Positions 1 to 12,037 of a stretch of 64,000 bases of DNA are shown in pieces. Made by a program: the position numbers and the translations under genes. The stretch is from Adineta vaga (lineage: Eukaryota > Animalia > Rotifera), in contig CP075495.1 in assembly GCA_021613535.1 (NCBI GenBank), forward strand, positions 2,790,001 through 2,854,000, in the 5' to 3' direction. A model generated the notes under the pieces. That model worked only from the letters and a program-made list of their open reading frames with translations. It was not told the origin of the DNA and made no database searches. The first letter of the stretch is position 1; each line of letters begins with the position of its first letter.

Positions 1-2743
1 AGGGGTTTGTCCATGTTTACTAGATGCTTATCCACCAATACAATCTGTATCATGGTATCAAAATGGTCGATCGATTCGTATTACACCAAAAGGTAGATCA
101 TAAGCAGGAAAAAAGTTGAATGAGATTTCTATTGATTTCTTTTCTTTAATAAAGGTGGAGCATATACAATTAATTCTGAATATTCATTAATTATCAGATC
201 AGTTGACGATGATGATCATGGAAAATATTTTTGTCGCGCTCAAAATTCTGAAGGTTTTGGGCGTGATAGTGTACCATTTTATGTTGAAATAAAAGGTTAG
301 ATTTCATCTCTTTATTCTTCCATTTCTTTTTTATTATTAAATAGAACCAATTAAATTTCTCTTGAAACCCAATTCAATCTATCATGTACGAGAAAAGAAT
401 CGATTAGTTTTACCCTGTTTAGCATTTGGTGATCCAAAACCACAAATAAAATGGTTTAAAGTATGTTGAAGGTTTCTTTTCTTATTCGATTTTCTTTACA
501 AATAATTGATTAGAATGCAAATGAATTGAATCATATCAATGAAAATTTTACCTTGGAACAAATTGAAAAAAGTGATCATGGTCTGTATATATGTCAAGCA
601 TCAAATGAGCATACAACAACTAATATTAGTACTTTAATTATTGTTGAAAGTAAGTTTGATAAATAACGATAATCTCCATTATTCATCATAGATTTCAGTT
701 TGCTCTCGTTGTCTCCTTATTATTACGATAATCTAGAACATTTCTCTTTTCTCATCATTTGTTATGTATAAAAATCATTTCTAAGTTTTCACTTATTATA
801 ACGTACTTTTCCCCCCTATTGAATCCTTACATGTAGCGTAATTCATATACAATACTTCGATCACTATTGTACAGTTTGTTTCAAAAAGTTTGCCATTTGC
901 TAAGATGAACTTTTTTCAAGTAGTGATGTTATTTTAACGACAATGAATGAAAATAGGTCATTGCATTTTGAGTGCGAAAAGAAAAATTGCTTGAGAATCC
1001 TTTTATAGTTTTATGAATAATTAGTGGAGTGAATGAGTACTTGTACAAAAATTCTTCAAATCGAACGAAAGTTACGAAAGAAAAGTCAATGCAGCTATGT
1101 AAATGATAGCTCATAGAATTCATCAATGAATGGTTTTTCTTTGATTTGATTAGATACAACACCACAAGCACCTTTGAATATTCGATATGAACAAATCTCA
1201 TCGAACCTATTACTTTCCTGGGAGCCTGGTTATGATGGTGGTCGAATTCAACATTTTATTATTTGGTATCGTTTGATACAGAATAAAAAACAAAATTGGC
1301 ATCAAATTCGCGTTCTACCAAATAATGCAACGGAATTTTTATTATTTGATTTACAAGTACAACAAACATATGAGGTCACAATTGTTGGCGAAAATGATTT
1401 CGGTTTAGGAAGTTTTAGTCCAATCATATCAATTTATTTAAATAATTATCAAGATCTATCCATTGGAAATCTTCATCGATCAAATGAAACGAATTTCCTA
1501 AGACCATTACCACCTATGGATCTTCATCTTTCATATTCAGGTTCAAATCTGCATATAACATGGAATCAAGGAAATCTTTTTGAATCACCAGTTAATATTC
1601 TCTACTATGTTATTCAATGGCGTTCAACAATTGTTTTTAATAATCAACAATCTCAACAATCAATTGTAGTGAAATATCCTAGTCGATCATATATATTAAA
1701 AGATATTAAACAATCGAGATATATTGTACAACTGATGTCATATTCAAATCAAGGAATATATAGTATTCCAATTGAAGCGGATATTGATATTCGTATGTAT
1801 TGATTTGATTGAAAAAGAAAAATTTTAATCGATTTCTTTGTAGAATTCAATTCTATTCTGGCATATTATGGTTCAAGTCGTTTATTAATATCAATACTTT
1901 GTTTTTTAACTGTATTAATAGTTGCAACATTATGTATATGTCTATTTTGTGTTCTCAAACATTACTATCATCGACAATCTTATTGCACAAATCATAAATC
2001 ACGTATGAAATATTTATCTTGCAAAATAAATATATCTTGTCTATGTATAGATTCAAATTGGATATGTTGCTGTTTTCCATCGATTCAATATCGGTAATAA
2101 GAGTTGAATGATATTTAGAATCTCTCTATTTGAATCTTATTGTTTTTTCAGACTAGATAATTGTTCTCCGATGGAAAAAGATCGATATAGTGCAAGTCTT
2201 CTCAAAACAAAAGATCTTCAATCATCACCCATATATTCAACTCGACATCGAATAACATCTCAATCAGTCAACAATCCACTTCGACCACTTTCGTCACCAG
2301 ATACTTGTACTGATTCATCCATATCATTAGCTAAAGTAACGGCAATTCCAAGTTGTCGAAATTCCATAATATCAAATGCAAGCGAAATACTACAACCAAC
2401 TTATGCTTCATTACCAACAATTGAAGTTCCACATGTGATACCATCATCGGCTCTTACTTTTATCTTAGTTCCAAATACGACAGATGACACTAAAATGACT
2501 TCATTTTTTCAACCAATTCCGATTAGTAATGCACCTTATATCGATCATGAAGGTCGTAAGAATAGTTCTCGTTTACCACTCGAAGTAGTACCCGAATTGA
2601 GTGAATTAAGTGTAGATAATAGTCGACATAGTTATGCTCCATCTGTTTCATCGACTGTTCATAGTTCTCAGCAATTACAATCAGTTCAACCTAGTCCTAT
2701 TCTTGTCACGTTTGATTCAAATTCACTGAAACGTCGGACTTAG
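1..2743 (+). CDS. Turtle/IGSF9-like Ig + 2xFN3 single-pass adhesion receptor, 5' part outside the window
   Basis: Spliced exons (~1-91, 154-295, 345-459, 514-649, 1154-1793, 1843-2001, 2051-2094, 2152-2743) give Ig motifs (CPCLLDAYPPIQSVSWYQNG; DDHGKYFCRAQN; SDHGLYICQASN), two FN3 repeats (LSWEPGYDGGRIQHFIIWY; LHITW...YYVIQW), a TM (LLISILCFLTVLIVATLCICLFCVL) and an S/P-rich tail. The order of domains matches turtle/IGSF9. Confidence 0.75.
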
Positions 2744-3728
2744 ATACATCATCCGTCAGATGTTATAATTCTTATCTAATCTCATATCATTTTCTTTTTT
2801 CATATTATTCTTCTAAAACTTTATATACATTTCATTTCTATATGGATTATTTGCAATGAAGATATTCTTGGATAATAAATCAATTTACCACTGCTTTTGC
2901 TTTCTATTCTAGATTATATTATTTGATTTCAAACACACAAATGGCAAAACCAAGGTATGAAAGAAAGAAATACTATTGTTTTTTTTTAATTTTTCGCCAC
3001 TTTTTTCTCTATGATTTCCTAGAATTTACAATCAAATTTTATTAAATTATTTAATAGAACTTTTTTCATTAAGTTCCCGCGTTTCTCAATAATAGGATGC
3101 ATTTGAGTACAAAGAAATATAATACGCAAGGTTTTTAACAGTTTCAGTTTCTTGACTAGCTATAATTGACTATTGAGAATTCTATTCTGATCCACCATCC
3201 TAGATTGTAAGAAAATACATTCGATTAAGAATACCAATAAGATCGAAAGAACATATAAATAGTATAGCCTTGATTCTCTTTCGCACCGTTTTATCCATTA
3301 AAACGATATTACTTAGCACAAGTGTAGGTGTAACGCTGATAAGATGATTGATACTTTCTTGCTCTTTCACACCCTGTTCTATTTCTTTCTTTTGCATACA
3401 TTCTCTCTCGCTGTGGTTAATTTACATCATCAATAACATAGCTACCGTGTTCTTTATCAAAGAGAATGATAAATCATATTAATATCCACTATTCCTACAT
3501 TGAAGTATAGAAGAAGAGAAAAAAAAAGAGAAAATAGAGCTTCGCACTAATATACAAAGAATCAAAAAAATATCCAGCTCTTTTTTCCTAATATACATTC
3601 TTGACCTTCTTTCATAGTGATACGTGAAACGAGTCTTTTATTGCCTACTTATTGTTCTACGCGTTACACGCAGTATCCATTGAAAGCTTAACATACAATT
3701 ATTTGTGGTTTTGAAAAATAACGAAAGA

Positions 3729-5550
3729 ATGTACGTTTTTGTTTGTTCGATAGTTTTTCAGAATCATATCATTTTTAATTTGCATTTGATTTATTTAGTT
3801 TTGTTCGAATAAAATGTTTTCGTCATACTAATCTAAGTTTTGTATTTAGGGTCGACGAAACTGAATTAGTTACAACAACAACAACTACTAGCAAATTAGT
3901 GCCGGTTTTACATGAAAAATCTGCAAAAAATCCTATCTTCTTTCCAGCGTTATTGGTGGGTCTTCAAGCAGTTTTTATTATTCTTTTGGGTTTTCATGGT
4001 GATTATGGACATGAACCCGTTCATGTCGAATCACATTTCCCATTACCACCCAATTCATTGATAATGTTTCCCAATGGAACTAAAATTCGTGTTGGTACTT
4101 ATGAACCAACCGGAACACCACATCGAGGTATATCCGATTTCTATGCAATGTTTCAAGATATACATGTGATGATATTCATTGGTTTTGGCTTTTTAATGAC
4201 ATTTCTTCGACGATATGGGTAAATGTTTACTATTTATTAGAAAAACAATTTTTTGAAATTCTGTTTCTATGATATTTTAGCTTCAGTGCTGTTGGTTACA
4301 ATTTTCTTGTTGCTGCATTTGTTCTCGAATGGGCGATTGTTGTTCGTGGTTATATGTTTGATTATGATCCATCAACGAAAACATTTCCTATTGATGTAGA
4401 ACGGATTATTGTGGCTGATTTTGTAGCTGCTGCAGTACTCATTTCATTTGGTGCAGTTTTGGGCAAAGTCAATCCAACTCAATTGATTATTATGGCTTTC
4501 ATTGAAGTTTTACTTCAATCAGCAAATGAATTTCTTGGTCTTCGACGTTATTGTGCATATGATATTGGTGAATCTATGTTCGTTCACGTATTCGGTAACA
4601 TTTTCAAAACCTTAAATCGTTTTTTTATAAAGATTTATTTTTTCCTCATTTTTGTTAATAGGTGCTTATTTTGGTCTAGCAGTATCTTATATGCTCTATG
4701 ATAAAGAATTAACAAGTATAGAAGCTGAACAACGAGAAAAATCTGTTTATAATTCTGATTTGTTCTCAATGATTGGTACAATCTTTCTCTTCTGTTTTTG
4801 GCCATCATTCAATGCTGGTGTAGCTGCAGCAGGCGATTCTCGTCTTCGAGCTATTGTTAACACTTATATAAGCATTGCATCTAGTGTCTTACTTACTTAT
4901 ATATGTTCATGTTTATTCAGTAAAGAAAAGAAATTCGATATGGTTCATATTCAAAATGCCACATTAGCTGGCGGTGTCGGTATGTTAAAATGAATGAGAA
5001 AAAAAATAGACGAAATTTATCATTATTTTTAACAATTCAATATTCCTTTTTGTTTCTAGCTATTGGCACTGTTGCTGATAAGATTGTTCGTCCATTTGGT
5101 GCTATGATTATCGGTTCATTAGCTGGTGCATTATCAACTGGTGGTTTCCGATTTGTTAAAGGAATTCTTCAAAAATTTCGTGCACATGATACATGTGGTG
5201 TTAATAATTTACATGGTATGCCCGGTTTACTTGCTGGTATTATCGGTATTTTCTTGGCATTATTTCCTGCTAATTCACTTTACACTGATAATTTACTTGC
5301 TACTTGTTGGAATGCATCGTATCGAACATACTTAGGTCAACTAGCCTATCAAGCTGCTGCATTAGGAACTACAATTGCTATCGCTGTTATTGGTGGTATT
5401 ATTACAGGTATTATTTTACGTTTACCATTACTTAATGATGAACGTCCATCCTCATATTACAATGATCGTACACACTGGGAAACACCTGATGATTTCCATC
5501 AAGACGTTACTACAGCATTACTTCCACCTCAAGTAGAACATCATATATAA
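3729..5550 (+). CDS. Rh-type ammonium/ammonia transporter (Rh50 glycoprotein family)
   Basis: Exons 3729-3730, 3850-4218, 4281-4594, 4662-4979, 5060-5550. Motifs [94 protein letters not shown]; twin-His pore residues present. Confidence 0.95.
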
Positions 5551-7128
5551 ACACATTTTATAGAAAAATAAGAACATTTCTTCCATATTGTAATTGAAAT
5601 ATGGGCATGTTACCCTACTTAGTGATTAGATAACAGTAATCTAGAAGAAAAAAAACTTATAGCTTTAGTTTTCATATGTTTCTGTTCAGAGCAAGCAAAT
5701 TTTTTTGATACAAGTCGTTTTCGTAGTTATAGCTTGTGATATAAATTGATTGAAACAGTTTTTTTTCCTTCGATTTTTATTTTTCTTTCTTTGAATAAAA
5801 TAATTTTCTTGTGATATTCTAAATTATTATTGATCATTGAGAAAACACAGATACTTGCTAATCAAATAGATGATATAGCACACATACACATCATAATTGG
5901 TAAGAAAACAAACAGTTTCTGTTCTATGCTTAATGAAATAGAGTTATTCCTTTGTTGCCATTCTGTTGTACTGATTGATATAAACAAACAGAAATCTCGA
6001 CATAAAGATATGATGAAAGAAACAGAATTGTCCATTATGATAATTTCTAAACCATATCGAAATAATAAATTAGAACACTTGTGATATATCATTCATTTCT
6101 ACAATGATAAATAGCTCGAGAAAAGAAAAAGAACGAATCTCGTTATCATATATGAATAAAAATTCTCACTTTGATCCGTCTGCTAATGTGGTATCAATCA
6201 AAAATCGATTTCTTTTATTCTAAGATCTAAGATAAAGTTTTATTATGATGATATACTATACATTCTTTCAATCATGTAAAGAAATTATCAATTATTATTT
6301 CATTCATATTCTTTTCTATAGCATTTCATTTAATTAAATAATTCAATGCATGACATTCTATTGCGATCAAGAGATCTCAAAAATCGAGTAAGTACATCCA
6401 CTTATCATTAATTGACAGCAGTTCGTTGAAGTGATTAGATAATACTGCTTTCTATCTCTGTCTAGAGAGTTGATACCTAATGTTTTTATAGAAAATTATC
6501 TTAGATTATTTATTTTGATTAGAATAATATTTATCTGATGGTGTATTGTACACCTGTATCCATCTGTCTATGACATAGCTCGGGACAATAGTCTCTATAA
6601 TGAATGAATCACAGACTCGAACAATTATGTTCTTCTTCTTCTACTTCTTCTTCTTGTTCTCGTCTATATATTTTTTTCTGCGAACATTTTAAGAACGAGG
6701 AAGGAGAAGAAGGAAGATGCGTAGCGTTTCTTTGTTCGCTTCGTTTGTAATGTTCTTCACTGGTTAGATGGTGAGATGTGAAAATGAAGCTCACTGCTTA
6801 TTTCACATACTAAGACCGATTGTCTCGCTTACTTCCTTCTTTTTTTCTTTCTCATGACATACAACAAACATACACATCGACGAGAAGAGAACGACTAATC
6901 GCTCTCTTTTCTTTTCTTTTTTTTACTAGACGATGGAATGCACAAACGGTTACAATGGCGATGACTTTTTCAAGAGAAAGACGCCTGTTACCAATGTGCC
7001 GTGATCGATTAGAACATAGCTACTTATTTCTTCTGTCATTTTTCTAAACAAAATATTTTTTTACGGTAACATATATCTAATTATTATTTCACTAGATTTT
7101 TCATTCGTTTTCCTACATAGATTAAATT

Positions 7129-8567
7129 ATGGATATTCATTCCTTAATGGGTCGAGCCTCGACAATGATGTCAGGCAAACGAAATGATGATAGTATGTCT
7201 GATCGACTTAATTATCGTTATACAGTCGCGATTTTGGTTATTTTTGCTATCATCAATATGAATCGTTTATATACAGATCAAATCAAATGTTGGGTAAGCG
7301 ATCTAATATCTGTTTCCTCGTTTAATCTACTTCTTCTTCTTCTTCTATATTAATCAACACCACCTCTTAGGTACCTGCATTTTTTACGCCAAACTATGAT
7401 GAATATGTTCGATCTGTATGTTTTGTACAAAATACTTATTATATAAAACATGTCGATAAAATTCCTAAATCATCGAATATAAAACGACAAAGTGAAATCT
7501 TATATTATCAATGGATACCATTTCTTTTACTTATGAAAGCCTTTCTATTCTATATACCACGAATGTCATGGAATACATTTGGATTGAGAAGTGGTATACA
7601 AATATCTGATCTTGTCGAATCATCATATGATTATAAATTACCCACAACTGATGCAGCACATCGACAAATGTGTCTTGATTATGTCATTAGTACAATTGAT
7701 GAATATTGTGATGATCATCGACGACAAGTTGATGCACGTAAACATTTAAATATATTACAACGAAAATTCTCCTTCGGTTGGTGTTTATCAGGAAAATATC
7801 TTGGGAATTATTTAGTTGTTGTTTATATGACAACGAAATTACTATATATTGGTATATCGTTATTTCAAATCTTTTTTTTAAGTGTATTATTAGGATCAAA
7901 TTTTGCATTCTATGGTATACAAGTCATTGGGCGTTTGTTTCGAGGTAAATATTTCTTTTTCTATTACAAAAGAAAAAAAAAGGAAATTCTCTTTTCTTTT
8001 CAAGGCATGAGTTGGGATTCGGAAACACGTTTATTTCCTAAAACAACATTATGTGATTTTACTGTACGAGAATTTGGTCATCCGAAACTTGCCCATGAAT
8101 ATACCGTTCCATGTGTGTTACCATTAAATTTATTCAATCAACAAATGTTCACATTTCTTTATTTTTGGTACCTCATTGTTATTTTATTAAATATTGGCGA
8201 TTTTTTTCTTTGGTTGTATATAATTTCTCCACGAAATCGTTATAGTTTTCTTCGTACACGTCTTCATACAAAAAAATATCCATTAACAAATGCAACAAGT
8301 GATTCCGAAAAAATTCGTCGATTTGCTGATGAATATCTTGAAGCAGATGGCTTTTTTATGTTAACATTAATTAGAGAAAATAGTTCAGATTTTGTTGCAT
8401 CAGAAATTATTCATCATCTATTTACAGATAAATTTCTCACCAGATATTTCCGAGACACAACAACAACGACAACAATCTATGATGCAATCGATACGAAACA
8501 TGATGACAATGATTCTGATAATAACAAAACAAAACGACGACATCAATTCTGTTCATTGATATGTTAA
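7129..8567 (+). CDS. Innexin (gap-junction/hemichannel protein)
   Basis: Exons 7129-7293, 7371-7944, 8005-8567. DDSMSDRLNYRYT, IKCWVPAFF, diagnostic YYQWIPFLL, FPKTTLCDF, CVLPLNLFNQQMFTFLYFW. Confidence 0.95.
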
Positions 8568-8653
8568 TTCGTATATTTGTATTTCTACATGTAAAAAAAA
8601 AGAATCGAGGTTTTTTTTCTCTATTAAACAAAAAAAAACAATGAAAACATTGA

Positions 8654-10647
8654 TTAGAAAAAGAAATTTTCACTTGATATAATACTAGTTTGAAAGAGAA
8701 CAATAAGTACAAGAAGAGTTGTGATACCCAGAAAAATAATTTTACCCGGACGAACGGTTAAACCAAAGAGTTTAGCACGTAATTCGGCTTTAGATAGAAA
8801 AAGTAGGAAACCATCAAGTTCATTCGAACTAGCATTAGGATATCCGTAGACACGCATGGAAAGACTAATTCGATAAAATTTATCACATTTTGAAGTTACA
8901 CGAGCAGCCTAAAGAGATTTTGATTAGAAAAAAACATTTTCTCATCAAAAGATTATCTCTTACTTGTGCTAAACAAAAGACTAAAATAGAAAACCAAACG
9001 ATAGTATATAACGATCGATAAATCCACATATCAGCACGAAAAATTCGATTTAATATCAAGAGAATAATACCTAATAAACAACCAATTTATTATACATTTA
9101 CTAAAAATCATGTATATCTTACCAAGTATTGTACGTTCAAGAAAGAAAATAATTAATATTGACATCATTCTTGATGCTGCACTATTCAATTGACTAATTG
9201 AAGCGCCGAGATCAAGAATTCGTTTCATTGCTTCTAAAAGTTGTACTGATTTTTCTTCTAAACGTATTCGAATAGCTTTACAATAAAATAAGATCATTTC
9301 ACAATGACATGCATAATTCATTGCCACTGCCATATGAATACAATTCGATATTAATAAACAAAGAATATCAATAGTAAAAAGTATATATCGTTCTGGTTTA
9401 CTAGGAAAAGAAGAGAAAGAAAAATACAAATACAAATAAAAAGATTTTAAATATTCAATGAGATGAACTTACTTTTGTACAATTTGATATTGTGCATCAT
9501 GAAAAATGAATGTATGAGCAAAATCATTCATGGCATTTGATAGAGCATGAGTGGCAACCGAAACAACTACCCATGCACATCCAATAAACATGAATAATCT
9601 AATTTAAAAGAAAAATGAATGAATCGATTTGTTCACTCTCTAAATCTTCTACTTTAATCGTCGAATTGCTCGATGAATACCAAATAGACGGATATTTTGA
9701 TCAGCATGAATAAAAACCTTTGGTAATTGTTTTTGTTTTTAAATAGAAAATTAATTCAAATATGAAATGTAATTCTTACTTTTTCCATTAAAGAATACAT
9801 AGGTTCGCCTTCGGTAACACGAAAATAAATAAAACCAATAATAAAAGCAAGAAAATGAAAAAGATCAGGAAGAATATAAGTTGTAAATATATGTCCACAT
9901 TCTGCATGTTTATGTATTATTGCCATACTAGCATTAGTTGTATGTGGTCTAGTGTGTCCAGGTTGCAATGTCGCCCATGTACCTGTCGATTGATTTCTTG
10001 GATTACTCGTTGTAATAGTATTTACTGTTGTTGTTGTAGTTGTACGAACTGTTGTAGTTGTCTAGTGCAATAAAAAAAAGAAATATATATGAAAAATAAA
10101 AATAAATCTTCTACTTGTGTATCAGTTATAACATTGAGTTTTCCTTGACAAATAATAATTTCATATGTATAATTAAATAGAAGTAAGATTAATATTAAAA
10201 ATGGATAAAGTATATTAATAAAACGTAAAAATATTGATGAACGTTTTAAACTATCAGCACCAAATGGTCTCCAACCGATCTGAAATGACAATATTCATTT
10301 CAGATATCATTTCAACAAATTCTTCTTACTAAACAGAGTAATTTTCGAAATGGATGAAGAATTTGTTTTTTACATTTCATTAAACTCACAGTTGTTGGAT
10401 TCGGACATGAATTATCTAAATCAGATATCTGAATTGACAAAAAACAATGAAAATCATTCTCTTTATTTATTTATTTATTTATTTACTTCAATTTTAACAC
10501 AATCGAATTCCTCATCTGTATTGACTGATTTGTTTACATTATTATAAGGATAATTATTTATAGACACAACCAATGACTAGAAAAAGACATGTAAAGAAAA
10601 AACGAATTATTTATGATCAATATTATTTCTACTTTTGGAGAATCCAT
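8654..10647 (-). CDS. Multi-pass membrane protein, gustatory-receptor-like/7TM ion channel (GrlHz/DUF3537-like)
   Basis: About 9 spliced exons from ATG 10647 (MDSPK|SLVV...KQILHPFRKLLCL|IGWRPF...). No signal peptide, about 7 hydrophobic segments, Thr-rich loop, C-terminal RVYGYPNASSNELDGFLLFLSKAELRAKLFGLTVRPGKIIFLGITTLLVLIVLFQ resembling the TM7 region of GRL/DUF3537 proteins. Gene structure is well supported; family call is from recalled similarity. Confidence 0.6.
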
Positions 10648-11295
10648 CGAATTTGCGAGTATTTTGTTGATATTTTGACAAGTAATTATTTAATATCTTT
10701 GTAAATGAAAGTCTATCACTATTTTCTTTCCATACACGTTAGACTATATAGTTTTCTTATCACGAAAACAAGAAGAACGAATGAAGAAGAAAAAAGAGAA
10801 TTAACATCGAAAGTTAAACGGTGTAATTCGCACACACAACCCATAGATAATATACTTTCATCTTCACCTCGAAAATTGCCGTTCTTTTTTTTGTCGGTGT
10901 ATGCATTCGTTCTTATCACAATAATCATACTTGAAAATAGATAATAGTCATCATGTGTTTAAATTTCGACGTTATTCAATTTTGAATCGATAGTATTTGC
11001 TTTAAAATTATCTTTAGTATTATCCTTATAAAAACAACATATGGGAAGAAGACGTAGACAAAAATGAGAGATTTGTTATTAAATAACTCCAGAAGGAAAA
11101 TCTATTTGTCTTCTATGGTATTATATTTGGATTAGTAATCGGTTCTTAAGGTTGAATATGGCATTTTAGCTACTTCATCCGTTAAACCGTTCTGCAGTGA
11201 AGGACATTTGTGTTTATATAAAAGTACATCTTGCATCTATGTACGATTGAATATGAGACTTTTCTTTCTTTTCGTTTTAAATTTTGGTAAATAAT

Positions 11296-11489
11296 TGACG
11301 TCAGAGGAAAAACAATAAGGGCGTACTTTAGTGTATATCCTACTGTGTTTACAAAATAGAATTAGTCTGATCAGTTTAAAGATAAATATCTATAATGATC
11401 CAAAACAACAACAGCAACAACTATAACAATAACAACAACATTGTAAAACATGTTACTTAAACCATAGCATGTACTACTATTTGACGTCA
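11296..11489. promoter_or_regulatory. Two perfect CRE palindromes (TGACGTCA at 11296-11303 and 11482-11489) in the divergent spacer
   Basis: Direct match to the CREB/ATF consensus; a near-match AGACGTCA at 11840-11847. Function not shown. Confidence 0.35.
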
Positions 11490-11811
11490 TATATGTAATC
11501 AACACTTCGTATATCTTTTTTTTGCCTTCGGAAAGTATCGCTCAACATCAATTAGTTAAGAAATAAAAAAGACTCTATCTTTGTATCACATCAATGTCAT
11601 ATAAACTTTTTCTGGCTCGTCTTGGCAATCATAGAAGCGAAAGAATAAGGCTGAAGTCCATTAGATTGATATGACCTAACCTTCATATGTCGATGAGCGG
11701 AAGATTGAAACATTTGTTAAATACGGTACGACAGATGTTGTTCGGACCAGGGTCGTGCGCATGTATGCATACATGCGTGTACATAAACAAAAGTATATAG
11801 AAGATAGGGAA

Positions 11812-11834
11812 AGAGAGAGAGAGAGAGAGAGAGA
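11812..11834. repeat. (GA)n microsatellite upstream of the guanylate cyclase
   Basis: Directly visible dinucleotide run. Confidence 0.9.
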
Positions 11835-12037
11835 CCAGCAGACGTCAAGAATAATCAGTAATAAATCTATTGATAGCGAGAGGAAAGAGAAATAGATAGA
11901 ACCAATGAAATATTTTTCATAATTATATTACTATCAACTTACCATTCGTGCTATTTATTTGATGTCTCTGGTTTTCTTTTTTGACAGACTGGCAGATTAT
12001 TAAGACGAGTACTTGATATTTACTGTCGAAGTTCAAA

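Noticed and set aside
650-1153. Unusually long introns (also 13251-13772) as possible transposon insertions
   Set aside because: No terminal repeats, target duplications or coding remnants could be identified by eye.
6609-7047. Short ORFs upstream of the innexin
   Set aside because: Low-complexity promoter/5'UTR sequence with no coding signature.
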